64,000 bases of DNA from assembly GCA_001820095.1 (NCBI GenBank), contig MHOO01000011.1, positions 199,227 to 263,226 on the forward strand, read 5' to 3'. Every line of letters starts with the position of its first letter. Position 1 is the stretch's first letter. A model generated the notes under the pieces. The model did not search any database and had not been told where the DNA came from. It saw only the letters and a list, made by a program, of their open reading frames with translations. Of this stretch, positions 36,755 to 46,511 are shown piece after piece. Both the position numbers and the translations under genes were made by a program. This DNA comes from Candidatus Staskawiczbacteria bacterium RIFCSPHIGHO2_01_FULL_39_25 (lineage in GTDB: Bacteria > Patescibacteriota > Minisyncoccia > Minisyncoccales > Staskawiczbacteraceae).

Positions 36755-37975
36755 GTGCCTAATTATTTTTACACTGCAAAATCGTTTGAAGGAGAAAGCC
36801 AAAAGGGAGTTTTAGATGCTAAAGACGAACGCGAGCTTGCCCAAAGCCTTAAAAACCAGGGGCTGATTTTAATCCAGTGCGCTACTCAAGAGAGCAAAGA
36901 GAAAAGAACATTATCTATTGCCCTTCCCTTCCCTAGGATTTCCTTAATTGAAAAAATACTGATGATTAGGAATCTGGGGGTCATGTTTTCTACGGGTCTT
37001 CCCTTGGTGAAAAGCTTTGATATCCTATCTGCCCAAACAAAAAATAAATATCTGAAAAAAGCGCTCACCAATATTAAAGACCAAATTAATAAAGGGGAAA
37101 ACCTTTCTGATGCGCTAAGCAAATTTCCCGATATTTTTTCAGAGCTATTTGTGAATATGATCAAGGTAGGGGAAGAATCAGGAACCTTAGATGAAATTTT
37201 CCAAATTTTATCCTTGCAGCTCACCAAGGAGCATGATTTAAGGTCTAAAATAAAGAATGCCATGATTTACCCTTCCATTATTGTCATGGTAATGATTGTG
37301 GTGGGAATCATCATTGTCACCGTAGTTCTCCCCAGCCTGACGGTATTTTTTACTTCCCTTAATGTAAATCTTCCCATATATACTAAAATCCTCCTTTTTG
37401 TGGGAGGATTCTTGTTAAAGCAATGGTATCTGTTGATAGTGCTTCCAATTTCACTGGCGCTTATCTTCTGGCTTATTATAAGGACAAGACAAGGAAAATG
37501 GATGATAGATACATTTCTCTTGAAGGCGCCGCTTATTTCTCCCATTATTAAAAAAAGCAATTCTGCTTTTCTTATACGTTCGTTAAGTTCGCTCATTACT
37601 GCGGGAGTGCCCTTGATCAGGTCGCTGGAAATTTCTTCAAAAATCGTAGGGAACCATTATTTCAGGGAAGCAATCATGGATGCGGAAAAAAAAATTAGAA
37701 AAGGGGAAAAATTATCAAGTGCTTTAAAGCCTTACCAAAATCTGTTCCCTTTTGGGGTCGTTGAAATGGTTGAAGTTGGGGAAGAAACCGGAAAAACATC
37801 CGCTATTTTAAAAAAATTAGCAGATTTCTATGAGCAAGAAGCGGTTAATGCAATTGAAAAACTGTCTATTTTAATAGAGCCGATTTTAATTATTATCCTT
37901 GGGCTTGCTGTGGGGATCTTTGCGCTATCTATCATCCAGCCGATGTACTCATCGCTAAAATCAGTAAATCAATGA
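36755..37975 (+). CDS. pilC: type IV pilus platform protein PilC/GspF
   Basis: two GspF repeats, three TM regions; GTG 36755 gives the typical N-terminus PNYFYTAKSFEG; ORF track starts at 36731 inside a word repeat. Confidence 0.85.
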   Translation: MPNYFYTAKSFEGESQKGVLDAKDERELAQSLKNQGLILIQCATQESKEKRTLSIALPFPRISLIEKILMIRNLGVMFSTGLPLVKSFDILSAQTKNKYLKKALTNIKDQINKGENLSDALSKFPDIFSELFVNMIKVGEESGTLDEIFQILSLQLTKEHDLRSKIKNAMIYPSIIVMVMIVVGIIIVTVVLPSLTVFFTSLNVNLPIYTKILLFVGGFLLKQWYLLIVLPISLALIFWLIIRTRQGKWMIDTFLLKAPLISPIIKKSNSAFLIRSLSSLITAGVPLIRSLEISSKIVGNHYFREAIMDAEKKIRKGEKLSSALKPYQNLFPFGVVEMVEVGEETGKTSAILKKLADFYEQEAVNAIEKLSILIEPILIIILGLAVGIFALSIIQPMYSSLKSVNQ

Positions 37976-38841
37976 AGCAAGGCGGATTTACTCTCATTGA
38001 GGTATTAGTAGTAGTGGCAATCATCATGGTTTTATCTACCATATTTGTTACGGATTTCGGGGTTATTCAAAAGAAATCAGATTTAGATGCCGGCGTCCAG
38101 GAGGTTGCGGGAATTTTAAAACTTGCGCAAAGCAAAACATTAGCTTCAGAGAATAATAATCAGTATGGAGTGTACCTTAATACTGCCGCTTCTCCCCATC
38201 AATACATATTATTTAAGGGTTCAAGTTATGCTGCCAGAGATACTTCTTATGACCAACAATATCCCTTGCCAAAGACCATAGAATTTTTCGCTATTGACTT
38301 AAATGGCGGTAACGAAGTGGTATTTGATAAAATAACCGGGGCATCCCAGCAATCAGGCAGCATCCCTTTTAGGGTTCAGCTGGATACAACTCAAACTAAA
38401 ACGATTTATGTGGCAAGTTCCGGGACCGTAGGCTTTGAAGCGCCCGTAGCTCCTTCGGATGCAAGCAGGGTAAAAGATTCTCGGCATGTTCACTTTGATT
38501 ATAGCAGGATCATTCTTACCGCCGCTGAAAATATTGTATTGGATTTTAACAATGGCCAAGTAGTGCAAACATTGCCTATTAGCAGCCACCTGGCAAACGG
38601 CCAAATTGATTTAGAAACAACGGCTAATGCGGGAGGTTCTGACCAGACGGTTCAAATCCATACCCACCGGCTTAATAATTTAGATACCCAATTCAGCATC
38701 CACCGCGATAGGCGGTTTAATGATGTGCCGTTGAAGATTACGTTATCGGGGGATATTTCTGGATATCTGGTAAATTATTCAGCAGACGGCTTGACCACCG
38801 ATTTTTCATCTTTATTTACATCAAATTTGAATTGGCAATAA
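37972..38841 (+). CDS. type IV pilin (prepilin-type N-terminus)
   Basis: MKQGGFTLIEVLVVVAIIMVL class III signal with G-F-T-L-I-E. Confidence 0.8.
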   Translation: MKQGGFTLIEVLVVVAIIMVLSTIFVTDFGVIQKKSDLDAGVQEVAGILKLAQSKTLASENNNQYGVYLNTAASPHQYILFKGSSYAARDTSYDQQYPLPKTIEFFAIDLNGGNEVVFDKITGASQQSGSIPFRVQLDTTQTKTIYVASSGTVGFEAPVAPSDASRVKDSRHVHFDYSRIILTAAENIVLDFNNGQVVQTLPISSHLANGQIDLETTANAGGSDQTVQIHTHRLNNLDTQFSIHRDRRFNDVPLKITLSGDISGYLVNYSADGLTTDFSSLFTSNLNWQ

Positions 38842-38885
38842 TAGGTAAAGTTAAATCCGAAGCGCGAAATCCGAAATACGAAACA

Positions 38886-39404
38886 ATGTTTAAAAAAAAT
38901 AAAATTTTAAATAATAAAGAGAAGGGTTTTATTTTTTTGGAAATTCTCATAGGGTCTTCCCTGATTAGCATGGTATTTATCACTCTGTTGGGGATTGGCA
39001 CGCTGGCATTGAATACTTCTTCTTCCATAAAAAAAACCACTCAAATCGACTCTTTGATTAAAGAAGAAATTGAAGCGGTAAGAAGTTTTCGAGACGGGAC
39101 TGTGTGGGGAACCAACGGGCTGGGAACGGTAAGCGTGGGAGGCGCTAACCCTTATTATTTAGTGCTCGACACTGGCAATCCTCCCAAATGGATCTTGCAG
39201 ACGGGGACGGAAATGGTGAATGATGTTACCAGGAATGTTGTTTTTGACAATGTTTCCCGTGATCCTTCCACCAATAATATTGAAAGCGCCTATAATCCAG
39301 CTCATCTTGATCCTGATACAAAAAAGATTACGGTAACCGTTGTCTCGGGAACTAAAACATACCAGGTAGTTACGTACTTAACTAATTGGCTTCCATGGAA
39401 CTGA
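38886..39404 (+). CDS. pseudopilin / minor pilin
   Basis: KEKGFIFLEILIGSSLISMVFI prepilin-like segment; ATG 38886 in frame with ORF 38832. Confidence 0.65.
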   Translation: MFKKNKILNNKEKGFIFLEILIGSSLISMVFITLLGIGTLALNTSSSIKKTTQIDSLIKEEIEAVRSFRDGTVWGTNGLGTVSVGGANPYYLVLDTGNPPKWILQTGTEMVNDVTRNVVFDNVSRDPSTNNIESAYNPAHLDPDTKKITVTVVSGTKTYQVVTYLTNWLPWN

Positions 39405-39931
39405 ACCCTAAAAAAAGCATTATTTTTGAAGCTGGATTTACCGCATTGGAGATTTTAGTATCGGTGGGAGTTTTTTCTATCATATTGCTTACCATCATCT
39501 CATTTCTTTTCTGGATGAATTATTCAAATACCAAGACACAAGCCGATAGGGAAGCCCTAGAAAATGCAAGACGGGTTCTAGATATTATAAATTATGAAAT
39601 ACGAGAATCAAAGGGTATTTATAGTTCAACTTCTACCTCAAACCAGCTTTCTTTAGAAACCAGCAAATATCTGCCCACCGATGAAAAAACCACGTTTATT
39701 GATTTTTTCTTGTGTGGCTCAAGCCTCTGCATGAAAAAAGAATCTCAAAATCCTTTTGCGCTAATTTCAGATAGCGTTGAGGTAACAAGCCTTTCGTTTT
39801 CACAAATTGCAAATGGGACTACTCAATCAATCAAAACAAATATTACCGTCAGCCATAAAAATCCTAACAATCAGGCGCAAAGCGCCGCATCGGTCAATCT
39901 AACGTCAACCGTTTCATTAAGAAGCTACTAG
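39395..39931 (+). CDS. pseudopilin / minor pilin
   Basis: EAGFTALEILVSVGVFSIILL prepilin-like segment. Confidence 0.65.
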   Translation: MELNPKKSIIFEAGFTALEILVSVGVFSIILLTIISFLFWMNYSNTKTQADREALENARRVLDIINYEIRESKGIYSSTSTSNQLSLETSKYLPTDEKTTFIDFFLCGSSLCMKKESQNPFALISDSVEVTSLSFSQIANGTTQSIKTNITVSHKNPNNQAQSAASVNLTSTVSLRSY

Positions 39932-40000
39932 TATTAGCGTATAGCGTCTAGGGTATAGCGTCTAGTCACTAAACCCTAATCCCTATACCCTAAACGCTCA

Positions 40001-41236
40001 ATGAATAATCAGAATGGGTTCGTCATCTCTATCATCACCTTTTTCATTCTCACTTTAATGTTGAGCACTGGTCTTAGCATGAGCGCCGTAACATTGTACC
40101 GGCAGAAAATTGCCACTAATGCGGTAAAGTCAACCCAGTCATATTATGCCGCTGAAGCAGGGGCAGAAGACGCGTTATGGCGCTTGAACAATAATAGCCA
40201 AATGGCGCCCCTTTCATATGCATTAACCATGAATGGCGCTACGGCAAGTGTGGTAGTTTCTGCCATAGTTGGAGGGTCAAGAACTATTACCTCCCAAGGA
40301 GATAATAGCGGAATCATAAGAAAATTGCAGCTAGTTTATAGCATAGACGCCCAAGGGGTGTCTTTTCACTACGGCGTTCAGGTGGGGATTGGCGGCTTGC
40401 AAACTGCAAATGAGAGCGAGGTGCAGGGCAATGTATTTTCCAATGGGAGCGTAACTGGCACAGGAACCATTGTAAATAATGTGATAGTTGCTGGAACAAA
40501 TAATATTAATGGGGTGCATATCATGGGAGATGCTCTTGTGCATAGTTGTCTTAATGCTACTGTGGATGGCAATTTAACCTATGTGACAGGGGGAACGGTA
40601 GTAAATTGCACGGTTGGAGGCGCTACGTTGACCCAAAGCGGCGCCGTAGATCCAGAGCCCTTACCTATTTTACAAAGCCAAATTGATGCATGGAAAGCAG
40701 AGGCGGAAGCCGGCGGGGTGATAGCCGATAATATCGTTATTACCGATGATGCGCCGGTATCAATGGGTCCTGTAAAGATAGCGGGTAATTTAGTTCTTTT
40801 AAATAACGCTACCCTCAATCTTACCGGTACTCTCTATGTGACAGGAAGTATTTTGGCTAATAATGGGGCCACTATAAAATTAGATAATTCCTATGGATCA
40901 GTGGGAGGGGCGCTTTTATCTGACGGCGTTATCACACTTAGCAATAACACGTTAGTTACGGGATCCGGCCAGCCAGGAAGCTATCTTTTGATCCTTTCAT
41001 CCGACTCTTCATCATTAGCCATCGTTGCTGAAAATAACGTAAATGGCGCAGCGATTCTTTATACCACATTGGGTACGGTTCAAGTCCATAATAATGTGAA
41101 TGTGCGCGAAGTAACTGGAAACGCCGTGGCGCTTAGCAATAACGCAATCATCCAGTATGAGAGCGGACTGGAAAATGCTTTTTTTGCCAATGGTCCGGGG
41201 GGCGGTTGGAAAGTAACTAGCTGGGGAGAAAAATAA
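40001..41236 (+). CDS. large PilX-like minor pilin with beta-helix-like repeats
   Basis: N-terminal hydrophobic helix then YYAAEAGAEDALWRL; Gly/Asn/Val-rich repeats (GNVFSNGSVTGTGTIVNNVIVAG). Confidence 0.6.
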   Translation: MNNQNGFVISIITFFILTLMLSTGLSMSAVTLYRQKIATNAVKSTQSYYAAEAGAEDALWRLNNNSQMAPLSYALTMNGATASVVVSAIVGGSRTITSQGDNSGIIRKLQLVYSIDAQGVSFHYGVQVGIGGLQTANESEVQGNVFSNGSVTGTGTIVNNVIVAGTNNINGVHIMGDALVHSCLNATVDGNLTYVTGGTVVNCTVGGATLTQSGAVDPEPLPILQSQIDAWKAEAEAGGVIADNIVITDDAPVSMGPVKIAGNLVLLNNATLNLTGTLYVTGSILANNGATIKLDNSYGSVGGALLSDGVITLSNNTLVTGSGQPGSYLLILSSDSSSLAIVAENNVNGAAILYTTLGTVQVHNNVNVREVTGNAVALSNNAIIQYESGLENAFFANGPGGGWKVTSWGEK

Positions 41237-41287
41237 AAATTTTAATGGTATAATATAATAGGGAGCCTCTAATGCCCTTGGTTTCCG

Positions 41288-42385
41288 GTGTTTAAATTTT
41301 TAAATTTACAACCAGAAGTATTTGGAATAGATATCAATGATTTATCCTTAAGAATTGTTAAGCTTAAAAAGAAGCAGAAAGGTTTTGCGTTGGTTTCATT
41401 CAATGAAATAGAAATGAAGCCGGGGGTAGTGAAGGAAGGGGTTATTCAAGACCAGCAAGCCCTTGTAGAAATTATTAAGTTAGCTTGCAATACGGTTAAG
41501 GGAAAAAAACTGAATACAAGATATGTAATCCTTTCGTTGCCGGAAGAAAAGTCTTTTTCCCAAGTCATCCAGATGCCCAATATGACATACGAAGAATTAA
41601 AATTAGCCGTGCTCTTTGAAGCCGAAAACTACATACCTTTGGCCATTGATAAGGTTTATTTGGATTTTCAAATTATAGATACCCGAGAAGAGGATTCAAG
41701 CCACCTCCATTTGCTGATAAATGTAATGCCAAAGTCTATTGTAGATTCCTATGTTTCCTGTTTTAAAAAAGCGGGCCTTATCCCTTATATTTTGGAATTG
41801 GAATCACAGGCAATCGTGAGAGCCTTAATAAAAAATAGGGGTAGCGATTCATCGCTCATTTTCATTGACTTAGGAGGTTCAAATACGAATTTTATTATTT
41901 TTTCGGGCAACTCCATACGGTTTACTTCCTCAATCCCCATTTCGTCCCAGCAACTAACCAGCGCTATCGCTGAAAGTTTTAATATTAACTTTGATAAAGC
42001 TGAAACACTGAAAACAAAGTATGGTTTGGCGGGAAAAAAGGAAAATTACAATATAAAAGCAATAACAGCGCCTGTCTTGCATGATTTAACTACGCAAATA
42101 AAAAAATATATAAATTTTTATAAGGGACATGTATCACATGAATACTTTTCATCAAGCGGAAAGATAGAAAAAATTATTCTATGCGGCGGCGGCGCGAATT
42201 TGAGAAATTTGCCTGAATTCCTTTCTGATGAATTGAAAATTCCTGTTGAATTGGGAGATCCGTTGATAAATATTATTTCTAAGAAAAAAAATGGCGAGGA
42301 CATTATGCCAAGGGAAAGGGCGCTATCATTTACTACGGCATTAGGATTAGCCCTGCGGGGAACCCGCAACGAATCTGAAATCTAA
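41288..42385 (+). CDS. pilM: type IV pilus assembly protein PilM (actin-like ATPase fold)
   Basis: FGIDINDLSLRIVKLKK start, IDLGGSNTN and ILCGGGANL phosphate motifs. Confidence 0.8.
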   Translation: MFKFLNLQPEVFGIDINDLSLRIVKLKKKQKGFALVSFNEIEMKPGVVKEGVIQDQQALVEIIKLACNTVKGKKLNTRYVILSLPEEKSFSQVIQMPNMTYEELKLAVLFEAENYIPLAIDKVYLDFQIIDTREEDSSHLHLLINVMPKSIVDSYVSCFKKAGLIPYILELESQAIVRALIKNRGSDSSLIFIDLGGSNTNFIIFSGNSIRFTSSIPISSQQLTSAIAESFNINFDKAETLKTKYGLAGKKENYNIKAITAPVLHDLTTQIKKYINFYKGHVSHEYFSSSGKIEKIILCGGGANLRNLPEFLSDELKIPVELGDPLINIISKKKNGEDIMPRERALSFTTALGLALRGTRNESEI

Positions 42386-42410
42386 CGATATTAATTTTTA
42401 TTGTCTTATT

Positions 42411-42965
42411 ATGATTAATCTTTTACCGCCGCAAGAAAAAGAAGAATTGCTGCTGGAAAAAAGCAAAAAGCTAGCTATCATTATCGGAAGTATGATTTTA
42501 ATTTCCTTATGTTGCCTGGTTTTAGTTTTGATTTCATTGAAATTTTATATTCTCAAAGAAGTTTTTTATCAGAAAACTATTTTAAGCAATATAGAAAAAC
42601 AATACCAAACTCCAGATTCTATGCAGGTTAAGGGTATTTTGCAAAAGTATAATAAAACATTTGCCAGCATAGATAATTTTTATAAAACAGAAATATATTT
42701 CAGTGATATCTTAAAAATTATCTTAGAAGTTCAAAGGCCCCAGGACTTATATTTTACTAATATCGTTATGGAAAAGAGCAAGGATAAAGAAAACAGGGTT
42801 AAGGTGGGTATTTCCGGTGTAAGCAATACTCGCGACGATCTCTTGGTTTTTAAAGATAATATCAACGGCAATAAAAAAATAGAAAATGTATATTTTCCGC
42901 CTGATAGCTGGATAAAGCAAAAAGATATCAATTTTTCATTAACATTTGAAATTAATATACCTTGA
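42411..42965 (+). CDS. PilN-like protein
   Basis: MINLLPPQEKEE N-terminus, single TM. Confidence 0.6.
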   Translation: MINLLPPQEKEELLLEKSKKLAIIIGSMILISLCCLVLVLISLKFYILKEVFYQKTILSNIEKQYQTPDSMQVKGILQKYNKTFASIDNFYKTEIYFSDILKIILEVQRPQDLYFTNIVMEKSKDKENRVKVGISGVSNTRDDLLVFKDNINGNKKIENVYFPPDSWIKQKDINFSLTFEINIP

Positions 42966-43131
42966 ATTACGAAATGCCTCATGAAAAAGCAAGTTTCAGG
43001 TCTTTCCTCCAAATTTGGGTCGAAAATCCGCAATAATTATTTTACGTAGCAAGCTACGTAAAATAATTCTATCAAATTTTCGTCTTCCAAATTTGGAGGA
43101 AATACCATGAAAGCATTTCGTAATTCAAGGT
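42960..43131. repeat. ~170-bp imperfect palindrome
   Basis: ccttgaattacgaaatgc...gcatttcgtaattcaagg outer arms, tttcctccaaatttgg / ccaaatttggagga middle arms, ttttacgtagc-aa-gctacgtaaaa centre. Confidence 0.8.
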
Positions 43132-43145
43132 AAGGATATGCAAAA

Positions 43146-43691
43146 ATGAAAATTCAACCTACTTTCTACATAGCCCTCATTATTTTCATGGCATCGGGTG
43201 CTTTAGTTTTGTTGATGGTATATCCACTTTTAAAGGATATTAACCATAGTACTATAGAAATTTTATCGGATCAGGACAGGGTAATTTTAGTAGAGTCAGA
43301 AACAAGAGAATTAGATAATTTTAAGAGCAAGCGCAAGGATTACGAACCCAACTTTAGCAAAGCAGATGCTTTATTTGTTGACTTGCAAAACCCCGTAAAT
43401 TTTATCAGGTTTCTAGAAGATACCGCATCAAGCTTAAATATCAAACTAGATATTAATCTGCCCACCCTTCCAAAAGAACGTACGGGTAATATGCCTCTGG
43501 CTCTTTTCCAGGTTTCTGCCAAGGGGAGTTTTTTAAATATCTTAGAATTTTCCAAAAAACTGGAAACCGGTCCCTATCTTATGGGAATCCGCAAGCTGGC
43601 AATAAGCAAGTTAACTGAAAAAACCGCTGATGGAGAAAGCCCTTCTCATAACGTCAATGCAGATTTCTTGTTAGAAATTATGGGCAAATAA
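43146..43691 (+). CDS. PilO-like protein (tentative)
   Basis: single N-terminal TM plus coiled segment, position after pilN-like gene. Confidence 0.45.
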   Translation: MKIQPTFYIALIIFMASGALVLLMVYPLLKDINHSTIEILSDQDRVILVESETRELDNFKSKRKDYEPNFSKADALFVDLQNPVNFIRFLEDTASSLNIKLDINLPTLPKERTGNMPLALFQVSAKGSFLNILEFSKKLETGPYLMGIRKLAISKLTEKTADGESPSHNVNADFLLEIMGK

Positions 43692-43693
43692 TA

Positions 43694-43961
43694 GGGACAT
43701 GGGACTCGAACAGAATCACTTGAGCTCTCGTATATTGCTTGTATTCAAGGATTGAGGAGTGAGACGATGCAAATCGCATCGTTGAGCTCTGAATACGAAG
43801 AAGACAAGCAATATACGAGAGCCCGAAGGGAAGCGAAAAAATGGCTCATTTCTTCGTTTTTGCTTCTCAAGGTAGCTAAAGCTACCTTTCGTCGCAAGAA
43901 ACATTGAAATGATCACATTTTTTCGCTTCTCAAGCTGATTCGCGTTCGAGCCCCACGTCCC
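43694..43961 (+). repeat. TIR-bounded structured element, copy 1 (MITE-like or structured RNA)
   Basis: ends gggacatgggactcgaacagaatcacttgag / ctcaagctgattcgcgttcgagccccacgtccc are inverted repeats; nested internal stems; related to 51715-51979 in opposite orientation. Confidence 0.75.
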
Positions 43962-43980
43962 TAAGCCAGCAATTAAAAAG

Positions 43981-44304
43981 ATGGTAAAAAAAATACTAGA
44001 AAAGAATTTTCAAGGTACTAAAAAGGCAGCAGCCATGTACTTGCATAAGATTAAAAAAATCCCTTGGATTTTAGGTTATAACGCATTTTTCTTTATGTTG
44101 ATTTTTATTTTGCTGGATTTAATTTTTGGCGAGATATTGCTTTATAATTATATTGTGTCGGTAAATCTTAAAGATCATAAATTTACCTATACGCCCGCCA
44201 AGTTCCACGAAGAAACTTATCAGTCGGTAGTAAATAAGTGGCAGGCAAGAGAGGACATTTTTAAAAATAGCGATCAAGAAAATTACCGGGATCCTTTTCA
44301 ATAG
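43981..44304 (+). CDS. small membrane protein
   Basis: ORF track; one strong TM segment. Confidence 0.45.
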   Translation: MVKKILEKNFQGTKKAAAMYLHKIKKIPWILGYNAFFFMLIFILLDLIFGEILLYNYIVSVNLKDHKFTYTPAKFHEETYQSVVNKWQAREDIFKNSDQENYRDPFQ

Positions 44305-44464
44305 GAACCTAATATTGTATATTAGAGTAATTTCTAATTAACCTAATTATTCTAATTAACCTAATCAAATCCCAATAAGTGAATGTCAAAATTAGAAATT
44401 AGGATTTAGGAATTATTTAGAATAATTAGAGCAATTAGTATAATTAGAATAATTCTAAAATATA

Positions 44465-44875
44465 ATGACTCAAGAAAACAAAAAAAATATTCTTCTTATT
44501 GAAGATGACTCTGCCATTATAGACATTTACACAACCATGATTAAAAAGGCTGATTTTAAGGTAGAAGTTATTACCCTTGGGCAAGAAGCCATTAAAAAAA
44601 TAAAAAGCCTAAAATCTATTAAAGAGGTGCCAGATATCATACTGCTTGATTTAATATTGCCGGATATTAACGGGGTAGAAGTGTTAAAGGAAATAAGAAA
44701 AAATAATATAACTAAGGATGGCGTAGTTTTTATATTAACTAACCAGCAGAATGTAGAATTTCGGGGCTTAGACAATATAAAACCGGATAAGTTTATCATT
44801 AAGGCAAATATTACCCCTTCCCAACTTTTAGAAACTATCAAAGAATACTTAGGCCAAAAAGGCCTAAAATTTTAA
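44465..44875 (+). CDS. single-domain response regulator (CheY-like receiver)
   Basis: ILLIEDD, phospho-acceptor context ILLDLILPDINGVEV, conserved Lys in IIKANI. Confidence 0.8.
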   Translation: MTQENKKNILLIEDDSAIIDIYTTMIKKADFKVEVITLGQEAIKKIKSLKSIKEVPDIILLDLILPDINGVEVLKEIRKNNITKDGVVFILTNQQNVEFRGLDNIKPDKFIIKANITPSQLLETIKEYLGQKGLKF

Positions 44876-44895
44876 GCTCCGATAAAATCGTTAGA

Positions 44896-45279
44896 ATGAG
44901 CAAATTTAGTAACAAAAAAATTCTTATCGTTGAAGATGATAAAGATTTCCTTTGGATTTTCAGGGAGAGTTTTAATAATCAAAATTTATCAGTCGTATAT
45001 GCGATGGATGGCTTAGAAGGGCTGGCTATGGCAGAAAAAGAGAAGCCTGATTTAATTGTACTGGACATTATGCTGCCTAAAATGAATGGCATAGATGTGG
45101 CGAGGGAGTTAAAGCGCAAAGGCATTAAATCCCAGATAATTTTTTTGACGAATATGAAAGATTCAGAACATATCAGCCAAGCCATAGATGTCGTAGGGGA
45201 AACCGATTATATTGTTAAGGCAGATATGCATATTGACGCTATTGTTGAGAGGATCAAAGAAAAATTGGGAGTCAAATAA
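44896..45279 (+). CDS. single-domain response regulator (CheY-like receiver)
   Basis: ILIVEDD, IVLDIMLPKMNGIDV, VKADM. Confidence 0.8.
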   Translation: MSKFSNKKILIVEDDKDFLWIFRESFNNQNLSVVYAMDGLEGLAMAEKEKPDLIVLDIMLPKMNGIDVARELKRKGIKSQIIFLTNMKDSEHISQAIDVVGETDYIVKADMHIDAIVERIKEKLGVK

Positions 45280-45367
45280 CCGTTTCCGTCGCATGTTAGA
45301 TCATTTCTAGAAGGAATGGTCTCTTTTAATATTGTAAAAATTCCATAAATATATTATAAACGATGAT

Positions 45368-46099
45368 ATGGAGGAAATTTCTTTAAAGGCGGAAGAACTT
45401 TTTAATGTGGGCGGATTTATCGTTACCAATAGCTTGTTGCTAACTTTTATTGTTTCTCTGGCATTAATCATCATTTCTTTGTTGCTGTATAAAAAAATCA
45501 GCATGGTGCCTGGAAAATTCCAGTCCGGGGTGGAAATGGGCATAGAATGGTTTTTAGACTTAATGCATTCTACGTTAGGGTCTCTTGAAAAAGCCGAAAG
45601 ATATTTTCCCCTGGTTGCCACGATTTTCATATTCATCCTGTTTTCCAACTTATTGGGCATTTTTCCCGGCGTTGGATCTTTTACCATTGATCGCCATAGC
45701 AACCATGTGCCGCTCTTTCGTTCCCCGGCGGCAGATTTAAATTTTACCATGGCTTTTGCCGTCATTTCCGTAATAGTGACGAATGTGCTGGGAGCAATGG
45801 CAGTTGGCGTATTTCCCCACATTAAAAAATTTTTAAATTTTAGAAATCCGATTACATTTTTTATAGGCATACTAGAAATTGTTTCTGAAGTTGCAAAAAT
45901 TATTTCTTTGTCTTTCAGGTTATTTGGCAATGTATTTGCGGGGGAGGTGCTATTAACTATTATTTTTTTTCTAGCGCCCTATTTCATTCCACTCCCGTTT
46001 CTGATCTTAGAGCTTTTTGTCGGATTAATACAGGCATTCTTATTTGCCATGCTTACGTTGGTTTCAATATCGCTGCATACGGCAGCGCATGAACACTAA
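45368..46099 (+). CDS. atpB: F0F1 ATP synthase subunit a
   Basis: conserved Arg helix SFRLFGNVFAGE, multi-TM. Confidence 0.9.
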   Translation: MEEISLKAEELFNVGGFIVTNSLLLTFIVSLALIIISLLLYKKISMVPGKFQSGVEMGIEWFLDLMHSTLGSLEKAERYFPLVATIFIFILFSNLLGIFPGVGSFTIDRHSNHVPLFRSPAADLNFTMAFAVISVIVTNVLGAMAVGVFPHIKKFLNFRNPITFFIGILEIVSEVAKIISLSFRLFGNVFAGEVLLTIIFFLAPYFIPLPFLILELFVGLIQAFLFAMLTLVSISLHTAAHEH

Positions 46100-46192
46100 A
46101 ATAATTAAAAACTAGGGTCTAGCGTCTAGGGTATAGGGTATAGTGAACGCGTTTCACTAGACGCTAAACCCTATCCCCTAAACCCTCAAAAC

Positions 46193-46423
46193 ATGGATAT
46201 AGATCAAGTGCGTTTATGGGCAACGGTAGGATCTATTGCAATTGGCACCATAGCTCCCGCTATTTCAATCGGCTTTATTGGTTCAACCGCCGTAAAATCA
46301 ATTAGCAGGAATCCGGAAGCCGCCGCTAAAATCCAAACAGCCATGATTTTAGCAATTGCGTTTGCTGAAGCTATTGCTATTTATTCATTGGTTATTGCGC
46401 TAATCATTAAGTTCGTCGCCTAA
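46193..46423 (+). CDS. atpE: F0F1 ATP synthase subunit c
   Basis: two-helix hairpin with carboxylate in AFAEAIAIY. Confidence 0.9.
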   Translation: MDIDQVRLWATVGSIAIGTIAPAISIGFIGSTAVKSISRNPEAAAKIQTAMILAIAFAEAIAIYSLVIALIIKFVA

Positions 46424-46511
46424 TATAATGCAAATATGCAAATGACGTGCCAATGATGCAAATACGTATTCGCAATATTGGCGTAACATTCGCATATTGG
46501 CATTTTATATA

